A stretch of 64,000 nucleotides of DNA from Podarcis erhardii (Eukaryota), in NCBI GenBank assembly GCA_964252035.1, contig OZ176209.1; one strand, written 5' to 3'. Shown here one piece after another: positions 39,311-53,554 of the stretch. Under the pieces are notes generated by a model, which did no database searches, had not been told where the DNA came from, and saw only the letters and a list, made by a program, of their open reading frames with translations. A program made the position numbers and the translations under genes. How positions within the stretch are numbered: the first letter of the stretch is position 1; each line of letters starts with the position of its first letter.

Positions 39311-41544
39311 TATTTATTAGTTATTTATTGCATTCAGGGGGGATTCTGATTGATAAAAATCTTACGGAAGAGAAGATGCTCTTTCACAAGATTGGGTTTC
39401 AATCACCTGTCTATCAAAACCCACAAAGGGAATGTTTCCTTACGCCTTTTCACTCATTACCTAATTAAATAAAGCTGGGGGCAGGGAGTAGAGTGGGGGT
39501 AATGAAAAACTGTGGCAATAGGAAGCTCAAAGGAGGTAGAGTTTGAGCATGATCCCCTGATGTCAAAAGGCCTTTCAAGTAGATAATGCTATGTGCTTTT
39601 ACAGTACAAAACTTGTAGGATGTGGAACCTTGCACCAGCAGGAAGTCCTTCTGGGAGTCTCTACCTATAGGAAGTGATGCCCTGGTGTTTATATTTTCTG
39701 GTGGTAGTAATATAAATGGGCTGCTAGTGCTGATTCAAGGAGGCTGCTTGAGGCCTGAAATTGCTGAAGACCACCATGTAAAAGCGTACCAAATTTTTTT
39801 CAATCCAGCCACTCTCAAAAAAAGAATGCACTCTTCAAAATAATAAGGGAACCTTTCTAAATCTGTAAATGTTAAACTACTACTAAATGTGGTACTGCAG
39901 ATGTTATATTGAAGAAAGGGGAGGTGAGAATTTCAGTTTCCTCTAATCTCCTTTGATATTTGTGAAGTTTCAGAAGGATCCCAAACCCAGGAAGGCTGTA
40001 ACAAACAATATGTTAGCATTTCCAAATCTGCTAGCAGGACTACCACTCTGACAACCACTCCTTACCCAAAGGTAAGTAAATTTCAATAGAAGTTGTATAA
40101 AGGGAATTTATTAAACATGCTTGGTTATCCATACAACACAACTGTCAGGGAGAGTAATCCCTACAAGCCATCCTTTTCCCATATACCTAATATACCCATA
40201 TATTAGAACCTAACCATCTTATCATAAAGTTATAACTATGGACATCTAAATTCATTTTTGTCCCTTCTGTTCTTTTACCAATTGGGCACTTTTTACCACT
40301 CAGTAATGGCTTGCGGGACTTCTCACTTATTACTGGGCTAGATCAGCCAGCCATTTGTTCTATTTGTTGTATACACTGACTAGCATTTAAAATCACAGTT
40401 GCTATTGATTTTAACTTTGCTCATACTTAAGATCCCATGGTCCTTTCTAACCCACTCAGGCTATCTGCATCTTGATTAGCATATAAATGAAGTTAAAGGA
40501 ATTGCTCATGAATAAATACTGCTTCCAAATGAATTAGTTTTATTCACAGCTTGATAACTTCTTATAAACTTTCTTAGAAATATATATAATAGTTGATCAG
40601 TGACTGCTGTGATCCTAGTTATTGTTGGCTTGTTTTTTTTTTCTTGATACTATCAGTGAACTTGAATTCTGAGAATGTGAAATATGTATGGATTAAGCAA
40701 ATGAGGGCAAGGAAAAAAGACAAAGCAACAGATTAACTGAAAGCATCAAGGCTGGCATATGATATAATAATGGTCAAATAACCTGACCCAACCTTCTGCA
40801 GCCAAAGCCATACCTTATTCATTCAATTAGAAAGTTTGTATTCTTAGATCTCACTTATACATGAGAGGACACAATGAGATATTATTACTACTTAATGGTC
40901 TGTTAAAGAGCAAAAAGACACTCAGACTAGGTGATTGCTTCCTTTCACCTAACTTCACTGAGGAAGAATTTTTTAAATAACTTTTCTATTCTATGAAATG
41001 AGTTCAGTTTTTTCCACCTATGGGAAAGAATTAATTATTAATTATTACTATTATTATTATTTGTATCATGCCATTCGAATAGACTGTGCCACTTCAGCTG
41101 CGATATAAATTTAGTAGCAAAAATGAGAAAAACAGCAATGAGAAGCAGCATATACCACTTGCAAAATGAGTTTCCTTTCTGTTTCAGAGTAATACAAAAG
41201 CATAATCTGAAAGCAACACCAAGCATCATGGAATTGATTTGTTATTACAGCTATATCAGAGCCTAAAATGCCTGGTGGTGGCAAAAGATGGTTGTAAGAA
41301 TGTGAATGTCATAAAGCCCAACATCCAGTAACTATGTTAAGGCCAGTAGTAGCTCTTTGGGGTATCAGTGGTCAAGGAAGAGTCAGCAATTCTCTGTAGC
41401 CTTCCTGGACTAATAATGATATGGATTTTTATGAATTTTAGACTACATTACACTGGTCATGAGCTAGGTACATTATATTGTTTTGTATATTTATTGCCCC
41501 AACTATATTTTATTCAGTCTCTGAATTAAGTAAAGTAAGTTTCA

Positions 41545-42030
41545 TGTAAGAACTCTGTACATGGGGTCTAATATAGGATTATGAGTTTGTGGGGAGGAAC
41601 GTAGGCTGTAAGTGAGATACTTCAAACCCGTAGATCCAGCAAGTGTTAAAATACAAGTCAGGCTATCTTCCTGTGTTGAAGTGATAGACTGGGTGATGGG
41701 CCATTAAGGAAACAGAAGAAAGGGGCTTTGTGTGAGATGGCAAATGGATGGCGCCCCTCTCCTAGCTCCTGGTTAGTTAGAAGACGAAGCCAGAGTTTAG
41801 AGTTGAGTTGCAGTAATGTGACCTGGAAGTAAAGCAGCAAACTAGAGAGAGCAATGGCTGATTACTGTTTGACTCCAATAATGTAGCTACTGGAGAAGTA
41901 AGACCCCTTTGGGGATATTAATGCAGTGAGTCCCTCTATCACAGGCTTAGGTTGCATATATGTATAAATAAATAAAGACACCACAGTCTTCACTGTGCCT
42001 CATTTTCAAAATGAAACACAAACTCTCTAT
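41545..42030 (+). mobile_element. Probable Gypsy-type solo LTR
   Basis: TGT start candidates, tgtataaataaataaagacaccacagtcttcactgtgcctcatttt resembling recalled squamate LTR R/U5 regions; ends and TSD not resolved. Confidence 0.45.
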
Positions 42031-42375
42031 AAGCATCCACTATACTTTATTCAGGGTCTGGATTAAGTGAAATGAGTTGCATGTAGGTGTTCCATGCATG
42101 GGGCCCAATATAAGATTTCACCTTCCTCAGAGTATCTCTGCAGTCTAAAGCCTCTTCAATTTATTCTTTGACTTTTGTTAAAATTAACAACACTTCTTTC
42201 ATTTCCTCCTTTAAAACAAAAATGTCTTTCTTACCATTCATTTTTCAGCAGCAGGAATAAAGTTTAGCACAGCTAATCAATGTCCTAAGATCAATTGTGA
42301 AGAAACAGTTCAGGAAAAAAAAAAAAACACATGAATGCTTTATGAGATTCCACTGGGAGGAAAGTTTATTTTTAC

Positions 42376-42464
42376 CTGATTTGTTAGACACCCATATAAT
42401 TGCCTCTGATGAGATGTGGCTCGTATTTCCTACTGCAATTGTTAATGGGATCTGCCACAAGTAG
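42376..42464 (-). CDS. TRHDE: TRHDE coding exon (probable exon 10): (S)YLWQIPLTIAVGNTSHISSEAIIWVSNKS(E)
   Basis: 89 nt inside ORF 42245..42652; acceptor tcttgcag|C, donor CAG|gtaaaa. Confidence 0.96.
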
Positions 42465-43773
42465 CTGCAAGACAAAGGAGGGCGATCTAAGAACAAAAAT
42501 ACTGAACTGGTTCTTCTCACTTTACAGCAATCAGGGATTACATCAAAGGAATCAAACAATTTCAGTAGTAGAGCAAAGATGTTGATTCGAATGTTACTTT
42601 GCCTTTTAAATAAATTTGCTATTGGCAACAAAACAATAAGAATGTCATTCATCTTTCAAAAAAGACAGTGATGCCCCCTTTTTTTACATACTATCATTAC
42701 AAGATAGTTTCTAGTAAAAAAATAGTTACAAAACAGAGGAATGCTTTCCAATAGTAAGAAGAGTATAACTGAAATTAATTTAGGGAGAAGATAATCTAGA
42801 GCAAGCATATGCTTTGGTTTTAGTGACAATATACATTTCTACTACTGCCATTTTTAGTATCTTCTTAAAGGCTGCTGACAATAAAATTTTATCCTCAATT
42901 GCTTACAGCCTTGTATAATTATTCGTATTTCTGTAAATCAAGTGTAAAATGCTACAGTTTTTACCCATTTTACACAGATGTAACATACTGGTGAAATCAA
43001 GCTCTAGTTTATTAATAGTATAAAATTCATACATGAATAATGGACCCAAAGCCTTATGAAGTCATTTGCAACAGGAGTTGCTTTATACTGAATACCCTTT
43101 TTAATATTTGACGTGGTTTCTGCAGGATGTTGTACACTCTATCCTTGTAAGTAAAAGATAAAAAAGAACATATCCAGCCACAGTAGTTCTTCTCCAAAAT
43201 GTATCAACCAAAGTGAAGGGCCATGCACACAATCTTAAATAGCATTACAAATACAGTTGTATGTAAACATACAGGTGAGGGTCACCAATTTGTATTTAAG
43301 GAGATTGTATATGTCAATATGTGGGAACAAGATTCTCAACAATGTTATCCTGCTCCCTGCTTTGCAAGCCTTTTCTACCTTGCTTGGGAGTGCAGGGCTC
43401 TCAATGATTCCAGCTACAAAAGCTGAGGCTGCTGAACAGACCCTTGGGCTGGGGTGTTGGAAGTTTTTGTTGGGAAAGGAGTTCTTGCTGTGATTTATGT
43501 GAAAATCAGTTTTGTTCAGTTTTTATGTTTTATTCATTGTTTATGACGAATTGTGTTATGTTGTAGTTAGGTCTTTTTTTCATGTTGTATGCCACCTTGA
43601 GCATGGTTTGAACTGTGGAAAGGTGGAATACAAATAAAATTATGTGTGCATGTATGTTGGACTACAACTACCATCAGACCCAGCTAGCATGAGCAAAAAT
43701 TGGGCGAGATGGGACTTGTAGCCAGTAACCACAGGAAGAGCCACAGTTTCCCTAGCCCTACTATAGACTAAAG

Positions 43774-44523
43774 CAGAGGTTGGCAACCTAAGGCCCATGG
43801 CCGGTTCCAAGGACCGGCATGGGGATTCCGTAGGTTTTTTCCTGCAGCGCGGGTGCCATTTCCCCCCCTCTCCGTCACTGCAGCAGAACCTCTTCCCTCC
43901 TCCTGGTGCAGCAAATCGCTGGCCAATTGCCTGCTAAGGTTTGAAGGCCCTTGCCAATGGGCGAGTGGCAGCTGCATGTGGCTGAGAGGAGGAAGGGGAC
44001 TGGGCTGAGCTTGCCAAGCGCATTTCCAGCAGCCCCTTGTCAGAGCAAGCTGTTTGCCACTGCCGCTCTGCCAAGCGTGGCTCCTGTGCCTGCCCTTGCG
44101 AGTGGCAGAGGCTGGCGGCGGCAGAGGAGGAACGAACAGCCCAAAGCAGCCCTTTCGGGCTGCTTGTTCCTTCGCCGCTGCCACCAGCCTCTGCCTCTCA
44201 GCAGCACTCTAAGTAGGGGATGGGAGGGGCTGGGGAAGCAGTGGCGTAGCGTGGGGGGTGCAGGTGGGGCCGGCCGCACCGGGCGCAAGATCTGGGGTTA
44301 GGGCAAATCCACGGGTTAGGGGGCGCAAATCCACGGGTTAGGGGGCGCAAATTACTTGCCTTGCCCCGGGTGCTGACAACCCACGCTACGCCACTGTGGG
44401 GAAGAGAGGGGGGAAGAGAGATAAGCCCCCTCTTCCTTATGCGCACACACATGCACTCTGGCCCACCAGGAGGTTTGTGGTGTGGTGAACCGGCCCACCC
44501 CCCGAAAAGCTTGCCAACCCCTG
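43774..44523. mobile_element. GC-rich non-autonomous hAT element hosting a nested MITE
   Basis: TIRs CAGAGGTTGGCAACCT / AGCTTGCCAACCCCTG (2 mismatches); degenerate 8-bp TSD gactaaag / gactttgg (5 of 8). Confidence 0.7.
44239..44396. mobile_element. hAT MITE (158 bp) with TTAGGG-containing subrepeats; same family as 13796-13941
   Basis: Perfect 17-bp TIRs CAGTGGCGTAGCGTGGG / CCCACGCTACGCCACTG; perfect 8-bp TSD tggggaag at 44231-44238 and 44397-44404. Confidence 0.93.
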
Positions 44524-44995
44524 GACTTTGGGCCAAAGAGCAGTATCTTTGTTTGTTCATGTCATAAAATTTATATACCGCTTGATTGTAGGGGGGACAC
44601 ACACCCTCAAAATGCTTTACAAAATTCATAAATAAATAATTTAAAAAGTGAACCAAGGAGCTCTTTTCCCATTCCTTGCTGTAGGCCGGGAAACATAGGA
44701 TTTCTTAAGTTCTGGTGGCTATAAATATGCAGCACAGAAGTGATGCTCTACAATTGCATAGGAAATCTAGAAATGGAACCATATGTTTTGTGGCAAACAC
44801 CAGGTCCCCAGCCTTAAGTTTAACTTGTAATGCTGATGGGGAAGTGCCATTTGCAGGAGATAATTAGCAGGAGGAAGGTCATACTGTATTTTACTTTAAT
44901 ACAACAGCAGCAGCAACCCAGTTTAGCTTCAAGACTGTAAAATTAAAAATCCCACTTACTGATTCTCCCCTACAAATGATCCAGTCTTTCTACGT

Positions 44996-45352
44996 CAGGG
45001 GTGGCCAGCTCCCAAGAGACTGTGATCTACTCACAGAATTAACAACTGGCAGTTTTCTACCCCTTTTTGTCCACCCCCTTTTGGGGGGTTCAGGTCAAAG
45101 TTGTTTAGCTTTTTTTAGGGAATTCAAGCCTAAGCTCAAGGGAGAAAGGGGAACGCCACTCACCAACAGATCGCTGGGGAAACAAACAGCCTCACTGAGT
45201 AAACTCCGTCTTCCATTCTGCAGATCGTGCAACAATGGAGGGCGGACCGTATTTTACATACGCTAAGGAAAGGCACCCCGTGATAACTGCAATCTACCAA
45301 AAGTTCCTGGGGATCTACCAGTAGATCGCGACTGACCTGTTGGACATCCCTG
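44996..45352. mobile_element. hAT MITE (357 bp)
   Basis: TIRs CAGGGGTGGCCA / TGGACATCCCTG; TSD ttctacgt / atctacgt (7 of 8). Confidence 0.8.
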
Positions 45353-46439
45353 ATCTACGTCATACTACCCTGGCAAGCACAGGTTTGGGGACAAATACTT
45401 GCCAGTGTAAAATGTAGCTCTGACCCATGACATAGAAATTTAATTTAGTACAATGAATTTTTGATCATTAGAATAGCTAGCTAAGAGGAATCTGATTAAT
45501 TCTACTGTTGGGAAATGTTCTCAACAGGAGAAATAACCACCTCAGATGATTGGCTCTTTGTGACTAAAAGATGAATATGCGGCCATATTATTCACACACG
45601 CCCTGCCCTCCCTGCCAAATGCAAAGGATAACGATGAGCCAAGTGGGATTAACAGAAAAGAAACAATGCTATTAAATTTACTGAGAGGTCAGTGACTTTG
45701 GATTATTAGGAAGGACTGAAAGAGCTAAGTAGTCAGTATATTAAAATACAAAGCAGTAAAAGAGAAGACATGATCGTGTATTTTACTATAGCTGCAATTC
45801 AGAACATGGTTATGTGCTTAAACTTCATTGATTATACTGGACTGCAGTCCATCTTTTATTGCCACTTTAAGATGAAGTGCAATGTAACAGATTTTAAATT
45901 GCATCCAGTTATATAATAAAATACATAATACTGTCATAAATTTCCATTAAGGTAAAATTTACTTTTTGAAAAAAGATGTTTTAAGTGATATCGGAGTTAA
46001 AAATATGTCTGCAATAATTTCTGTACTTCAGTATACCATCGTATATCTTACTAAAGGCACTGGCTGTTGGATATGCTAGCATTGGTGAGTTTTCTGACAG
46101 ATAGCCATCACACACAGATTTTGTCTTCTTCTTTTACTCTACATAGTAATATTATATTACTATATAATGTAGGGTGCAATCATATACATAAAATCTACTG
46201 GATGAAGGGCTGTAGCATTTGGCAGCAGCTCTTCTGTACCAGTGGGATTTGAGAATAGCTACAGGCATTGTAGACGCTGGCAGAACTTCTCAGATATGCC
46301 AGAAGAATGACAGAAGTGGAGAGGAATTTGTTGGCATGATGCCGCTGTCAGAGGAAAATCATGGGATGACAGTGCAACTTAAAGGCAGAAGATACACTCC
46401 CTGATGTAACCCAGCATTAATTACCTACTGAACCCACAC

Positions 46440-47540
46440 TGAACACAAACCCACCAAGTTACACATTATTGACTATGATGGGCGAAAGCCAAGACTACAT
46501 GCGGTTGAAATGTATTTTCCACATCCTCAAGCAACAACAATTGAAACTGATCCCACAAAGGCTGACTTGCCACTGCTCTGAACAACTCCACAGGGATCGT
46601 ATCAAGAAGAGAATCCCATTCCAAGCAAATACAAGTGACTTCATTCTCAACGTGCTTTACAAACTTAGAACAGCAGGCTTCCAAAGATGCCATTCCCCTC
46701 TCCTCTGGGCTAGTTCTCAAGAAAGACTTCATCACTTGGGACAGTTTGGCTGGGCGGTTCCTTGGGAATGCAATGGAGGCAGCAAAATAGGATTTATTTT
46801 CTCTCATCACCACCACATAGTAGGCATTATGTCCTCTCACTTTTGTCTGGTTGAATTCACTGTGGTACTTGCCTCACTTAAGCTGTATCTCTCTACTGGG
46901 TTGTTTTGTTGTCTTTTAACTCCCCACAAAACGTAGGGGCATCACAGTCTTTACCACACCTGAGAGAGCACTTAGGAGTGACTGTATTGAAAGCCTGTTC
47001 CATCTAGGGGCAGGCCATCTTATGAGGCTCCCAGCACTGCAGGAGAGAACTGCCCTTGGCAGTCCAAATCTTACCTGGAAGTAGTCTGACTATGACAACT
47101 GAGTTATTCAAACCTCCCCCAATTCCATCCACTCTCCATCTGCCCTGTTGCAAAGCCCAGTTCAATGTCCCGGGTTAGCGATGTGTTGAGACAGCATCAT
47201 GGTTTTGTCATGGTGGCCATGAAATCCCAAGCTGTACTACTATGGCAGCCCAGCAGGTCCCCAATAACACCACCCTATCTGTGCCAGCTTGGATAGAAAG
47301 GGTGCTTGGCTGGGCAGCAGGGAGGGTGGTACATGAACATTATTTCTACTCCACCTCTCTGACCAAACTTCAGATACAATCCCTTAAATCTGAATCCCAA
47401 GTGGTTAGGTTTCCTGGTGATGGTGATTTATTCCTCAAAGATGATGGTGACCCCTCCACCCCTCTAGGCTGGTGATGGACAAGAACCCCACCAAGTACCT
47501 AGCTGGACTGACCTGGTTGTCACCAACCTAGAAGCACCAC
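46440..47540 (-). mobile_element. Degenerate L2 ORF2 (endonuclease and linker)
   Basis: Minus-strand pieces GGVTIIFE, GQRGGVEIMFMYHPPCCP and ORF 46466..46840 KSYFAASIAFPRNRPAKLSQVMKSFL..LWDQFQLLLLEDVE are typical L2 motifs. Confidence 0.75.
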
Positions 47541-47739
47541 TAGCCTGGAAGGCTGGTTGAGAAGACAACATAAATCTTGTTGGCTGGGGACCCAGAAGAG
47601 GGATAGCTCTTACTTACTTACCCTTGTTCTCCTTTCCTGTAACACTCTTGGCCCAAAACAACAGGGAGCAGTGCTCCTCACACAAAGGGGAGGCACTCAT
47701 TCCTGCACAAAGGTAAGTTGTCTATTGGCAAAGGTCAAG

Positions 47740-47955
47740 CACTTCACAGGGCTATCAATGGTTACTAGCCATGATGGTTGTACTCTACGTCCACAGTTGG
47801 AGGAAGCAATGCTTTGGAAGACCAAAATGTTCTTGTGCTCAAATCCTACTCGCGGGTTTCCCATAGGCATCTGGTTGGCCACTGTGAGAACAAGATGCAG
47901 AACTAGAAGGGCCATTGGCCTGGTTCAGAAGGCTCTTCTTGCCTTCTTATATTGA
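47740..47955 (+). mobile_element. CR1 3' terminal fragment
   Basis: aatggttactagccatgatgg...cccataggcatctggttggccactgtgagaacaagatgc..gggccattggcctg..ggctcttctt. Confidence 0.7.
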
Positions 47956-48199
47956 TGTAAAATGAAAACCCATACTAGGAATTGTTACTTAAATGGCCAA
48001 TATTGTGTTGTCTTTCTATACAACCATGGTGCTGCTGCATTAAGATTACTGTGTACAATTCTAGTTGCCAAACTCCTTTAAAAAAAAAAAGGATTATAGA
48101 ACTGGAAATTTATGGGGGAAAGGTGGTCAAAAGGGTTAGCGCTTCAGCTGTTTAGTTTAGAATGAAGGATGACTGGGTTTGTGTGTAGGAGGAGAATAG

Positions 48200-48445
48200 G
48201 ACGTGCTATAAATGTTTATTAAACAATGCATGGTGTGGGGAAAGTGAATATAAATAAATGTGTCTTCCTGTCTCATTATGTCAGAATTCAAGGTCATATA
48301 ACAAATTTGATTAGCATGAGATTCAGGACAAACAAAGCCCTTCTTCATACAACACATAATTAACTTATAGAATAGACTGCCAGAAAAAGTGGCGATAGTG
48401 ACTGGCTTAGAAGGCTTCAAGAGGGGATTATGCAACTAGGATTAA
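48200..48445 (+). mobile_element. CR1 ORF2 C-terminal fragment
   Basis: gagattcaggacaaacaaagcccttcttcatacaacacataattaacttatagaat..ggcttagaaggcttcaagaggggatta. Confidence 0.6.
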
Positions 48446-48553
48446 TGCCTGTAACTGACAATTGACGTTGCGTCTGTTATTTGTGTTTTCTTAAAATTCT
48501 GTATAATTCAAAATCTACCGACTACATCAAAAAGAGGGGCAATTGGAGACATC

Positions 48554-48799
48554 CAGTAGTGGCTGGTGTGTTGGGACAGAGAGACATTCCCAACACCAGG
48601 ATCACTTCAGCTTACCTGGATGCTGCTGGAATGGAGCAGGGTGATGTTGAAGTTGCGGCTGTGCAGATGCATCGGCAAGAGCAGCCGAGTGGTTCCACCA
48701 ACAAGCCTGTGTAGTCCCAACCTCCCTGCCCTGCTCCAGTGCCATCTCCATTAACTGCAGTGATGGTGTTGGGAGGTCCCACTATACTGGCCACCACTG
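48554..48799. mobile_element. Older hAT MITE
   Basis: TIRs CAGTAGTGGCTGGT / ACTGGCCACCACTG; degenerate TSD gagacatc / gacaaatc (6 of 8). Confidence 0.55.
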
Positions 48800-51700
48800 G
48801 ACAAATCCCTGGTGGTTTTCAGGTTTAAGCTCCAGTACACCACTGAGCATTCAGAGCTCTGGCATTTATGGTCTGCTTGTGAGCTTCCCAGAAGGAAGCA
48901 TCTGCTGCAGCACTGGGGAACCTGTGCTTCAGCAGATTGTGTTGGACTCTAACTCCCATCAATCCCAGATAGCATGGCCAATGTTCAAGGATGATCGGAT
49001 TTGTAGGCCAGAAACATCTGGAGGGTCACAGGTTGCTCAGTCCTCCTCTCCTGGTATCAGAATTCTGAGTGATGGATTTTTGGTCTGAACTGAAGGATAA
49101 CTATATAGCAAATATTAGTTTTTCATTGACTGTCCATCTCCTAATCTGGCTTCTTGTATATCATCAAGAAAGGAAACTTGCCTCCTGGAGGTACATGATA
49201 ATACTAACGACTAAAAGTTTATGTCATTGGACAGTTCTGTCTTCAGAGTTGTGAAACACTCAGCATACTATTCTAGGCATTTGAACTGCAGCTGATCGTG
49301 GGGCAATTAATTTTAATTGCTATAACAATTTGCCCGTATACTTGAATATTGCTTAAGTTATATGAACAGCTGCTATAAACTATTAAAGAAACATGAATGC
49401 TACTGCCTTTCAGTTAAATGGTAGGCTGAATACTTGAAAACAAAACCATGCAACTAGGAAAACAGAAACAAGTAGAAGCAATTGCCGAAGAATTGCTGTA
49501 AAGCAATTAATGCACTTCTCTTGATGGTTCCTGTTTCCTTCACCTACTCTTTAAAGATTAATTAACCCCTGCCAATAATTTAAGCTTATTACAGAAATGT
49601 TTTTCAGTTTAAAAAGCAATGCACCAATCCTAAAGAATAATGGGAAACTGTCATTTGCATTAGAACACGGCTGCTATAATTGATCAGCGCTTCTGCACTA
49701 AAGCATAAACATTATGGCTTGGATCCAGACTTTGCACCTGTGGGTGGTGCTATTGCTTGAATGGAAGGATGTCAGGGAACTTCCCACTGGGAGAGGGGGA
49801 AACGTGGCTCTTGCCAATTTCTACTTCCACTCCAACCACTGCCTCCTACACCGTTCCAGAGAGGTAGGTCCCTTCTGGAACTATGTGGGAGGTAGCATTA
49901 GGGCTTCCAGGGAGATGGAAGATCAGCTGAAGTTGTGTCTCCCCCTCTGTCAGTGGGATCCCTCTGCTGCATCAAAAGACTTTCCATTCACAGAAGATGA
50001 CATCGGGATGCAAACCAAAGGTGGTTTGCTTTAATTCAGCTACAGTTGAAAGAAACTCACAGGTCCTTGCATGTACATATTAGTGCTCTGCTTAAAAATC
50101 CTCCTGACCATCCATTTATAAAGAAAAGAATTCTATTTGAAAAATTATTACAATTATTAAAATATCATGGGTTGCAAGGTTTTTGCTTTGCTTACCTTGC
50201 TTTCAAAGTAACCAAGAGATGTTGGAGTGTCTCTGCAAAAGAGGCACTTAGCCAGTTCAAGAGAGTTTGGATTACCATTGCAACATGGGTGGAGATGGGC
50301 ATCTGCAATTTGCCCAGAAGGTTGCTTGCATGCCAGAATCTCTCTTGCCAAAGTGGGGTTGGTTTTCTCTTTCAAGTCATTACTGTCTTCATATTTTTCC
50401 AATATTACTTTGCTTTTCATTGAAGCTATTCTATTTTCCACTCCCCCCCATATTCTTTCCTACTTCAAAGCCCATTTTCTTCCACATTTTCTGCTTATTA
50501 GAGCATGTAGCCAAATTACTGATTACTGTTTATTATAAGCACTTCAATGAATATGACTACTCAAGAGTCAATGGCATAAAATTCTGGGATAAACAGAAAA
50601 ATCTAGGATGCACAGAAAGAGAGGGTTATAATTTATACAATTTCCTTGTTTAAATCAATAATAGCTGCACCCTTTAAAAAGAGCTTTAACAAATATGAAG
50701 GCAAACTACATTGGGGTCTTTGGTCTGTTTAAAATTCCATACTTCAAGGGAAGCCATGTCAAATGAAAGAGATAGACAAAGGAAAGTTTGGGGCTGTGTT
50801 TGCAGGTTTATTATTTTTCATCATCAAGATTAAAGATAAATAAAACTAGAGTTCAGGAACTGTCAAAAACTCATGCTATTATTTCTTTTTCATCATGGTG
50901 GAACACTCACATAAGATCATTAACAGGAGAATTACTAGATATTTGAACCTTGTCATTAAACTTGTTTTTAAAACAGAAGGAATGGTCAAATTCTTGCTGG
51001 GGGGAAATTCATGTTATCCTGAAACAAGAACAGAATGTGAAAGCATTCAGCTAGACATCTGTGGGCTTTGCTGATGTTAACTATTATTGGAACTATGGAC
51101 TGCTTCAAAATTCTGAAGCTCTGTAAACTGGAGCAACCATGTGGACTCAATGACATGGAAAAGCACCTGACAAAACACAATTACATATCCAGGTGCTGTT
51201 CCCCAGTAGTCACTTGTACTACTGAGGTGGCTAAAAAAGGGTTTTTGTGCTCACATGAACTGCTGGCAACAAAAGGAGCCTGCATTCTTGGAAATGCTGG
51301 GACAGATGCTACTTTCTCCATATCACTGCCGCCATGGATCGCTCTGCATGGAGAAATTCTAGATGTCCGAATCAGCAAATTACTGACATGGAAAAGGAGA
51401 AAGATAAACAAGTAATACTGAAACTAGATGTTATAGAGGATGTTTGGTTCCTGCTGAAAGCAGCATCCCTATGTCTCATCTCTGTCCTTATAATGTCGAG
51501 AAATGCGGAACATGTTGTGATGTCACATGTTCCAAGTTTCTTTGAACACATTGCACTTCAGTGGTTGCCATTTGCAGAGGCTGGGGAGCTGAATGTGGTA
51601 TCAAATTGCATGTTTAGTAGTACTTGCCATTACAAGAGACAGGAGGACATATGATGCATTCACTCACTTTCAGCCCATGGGTCTAATGAGGCTTGTTGTG

Positions 51701-53239
51701 GGTCCCAATTTGGCCTGTGAGTCAGTTTTCCCCAAACCACACCCACCTGCCTCACATCTTACACCATGTGTAAGGATGTTGCTACCAATCAAGAGCTTAA
51801 AGCGAGCTCCCAATTGTTCCTTTCCAGGGCTGCTGGAATCATATGTACTTGAGAATTCCCCACCAGGAGCTCACACGTGCAGCTATGGAGGCTCACCACC
51901 AGCGCTAATAATAAGCTGACTGGCCTCCTTTAAGGTGTGCTTTCAGTAACTATCAGCTGTTTGCTGCTGAAAGTACATCATCAAAGGGGCTCACTGTTAA
52001 ATCCTGCTTTGTCTGTTTGCAGGTATGGTTAGAGTCAAGCAAGCAAACAGCCATTTTTCTTCTGTCAAAGGCCTGTGGGGACAGGGGCAAGCTGGGATCT
52101 GGCCTAGTGGCTAGACCAAATTCCCAGTTTATAAATAAACTGATCCTATATCTGCTTTCCAACAATAGTATAAGTCAAATCACTGGGAGAATTCTCAGCA
52201 GCATAGCTCTTTATTTTTCTAAATCTCCAAACAACTATTTTTTTTATTCTCTCATAGATTTTTTTTTTAATTATTTGGATTCTGGCTGAAAACCAAAACC
52301 ATGGCGAACTATTCAAATTATTTATTGCAGTGACACATATATAATTTTGAAAAGCATTGTATCTTGGCTTGGCAGTTATAATCTTGAAAGGTATAACCAA
52401 GAAGTTACCTCTTGGGGACACCCAGCTCCTATGAAGACTCCTTTGACATTATATTTCTCAATGTGCATTTTGAATATTATTTAAGGAAGTGGCTGAAAAT
52501 GATCTCAAGACGTGCATTTTTGTAATGTTTAACTGTCAGGAGTTTCTACCACACAGTTTAGGATGATTGTAACCACACAAATGAAACCACTTGAAAACAG
52601 GATTTCACAGGTGTAGCTATAACAGTATGGCTGAAACAATGCAGGTACCTATTCAGACAAGTAGCTGATGATGTTGAGATGTACCAACACAGTTTGAGAA
52701 TGTGATACAAGCAACACCCAGCATAATTTGTAAACTACATATTTGAAGCTAGGTTAGTCCACCTCTTTCTGTTCTTAAGACAATTTGGCTGCCATATCAA
52801 GGAGAGAGAAAGAGCCTACATACTCCCACTGCTGCCAAAACTAGAGCAGAGAAATGCAAAACTGGATGGTTTCAAAGACCTTTTAAAAAATCTACAATAT
52901 GCTTTCTTAAAACACATTAAGCTTAGTATATTTATTTTATCCCATCAAAAGAACAGGAAGCCTTATTCTGTCAACAGTACACTTATACCTCATTAAAAGG
53001 GATAGTTCTCCTTGTAAATGCTGCTCCTCTTGAAGAAGAGCTACAGAATGGATCCCTTGGGTAACCATAAAGAATTTACAAGGAATTATATCTATGATTC
53101 ACTACAGCAGAGTCAACAAAAGTGAACAGTATTGAGGGGGGAAATAACACACAAAGTATACTAGTTTGTACTATGAAGGCTTTCAGTAGTTATATAGGAC
53201 GTACAGACTCTTAAATACTGACTAGATTTCACTCCCTAA

Positions 53240-53554
53240 TGTTAGAGAGATTTAAGTTACAGTCCTAGACAGTCACAGACAGGGGAGAACCAGAGGTGTA
53301 GCTGGAGAGGTTTTGAAAGTTTTTATTGCAGATGATTATCACTAATGGTGGAGAAATTCAGAAATTGCAGGGGAGGTTCCCAGTATGCCTAGAATGAGGA
53401 CTGTAACCAAAAGTAGATGGGACTAGGAAAACAATAAGTGTTACTGAGGCAGATACGTGCTGCCTGAATTCGGAATAACTATGAAGTGCCTGTAATGTCC
53501 AGAGTTGAATTTACATTGAGACCTGTGCACTTTCTTCTGCCCTCAATCATGACA
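53240..53554 (-). mobile_element. Probable solo LTR (315 bp)
   Basis: TGT...ACA termini, 5-bp flanks cctaa / cctca (4 of 5), AATAAA on the minus strand at 53327-53322. Confidence 0.55.

Noticed and set aside
43768-44656. Cluster of overlapping 68-152-aa ORFs, or a CpG-island promoter
   Set aside because: Entirely within GC-rich hAT elements with TIRs and TSDs, where stop-poor frames are expected; no splice or homology support.
50046-50653. Five overlapping 94-128-aa ORFs, including a Cys-containing frame at 50157..50441
   Set aside because: No recognisable family motif and no place in the already complete TRHDE exon chain; a BLAST search would be needed to rule out a decayed repeat.
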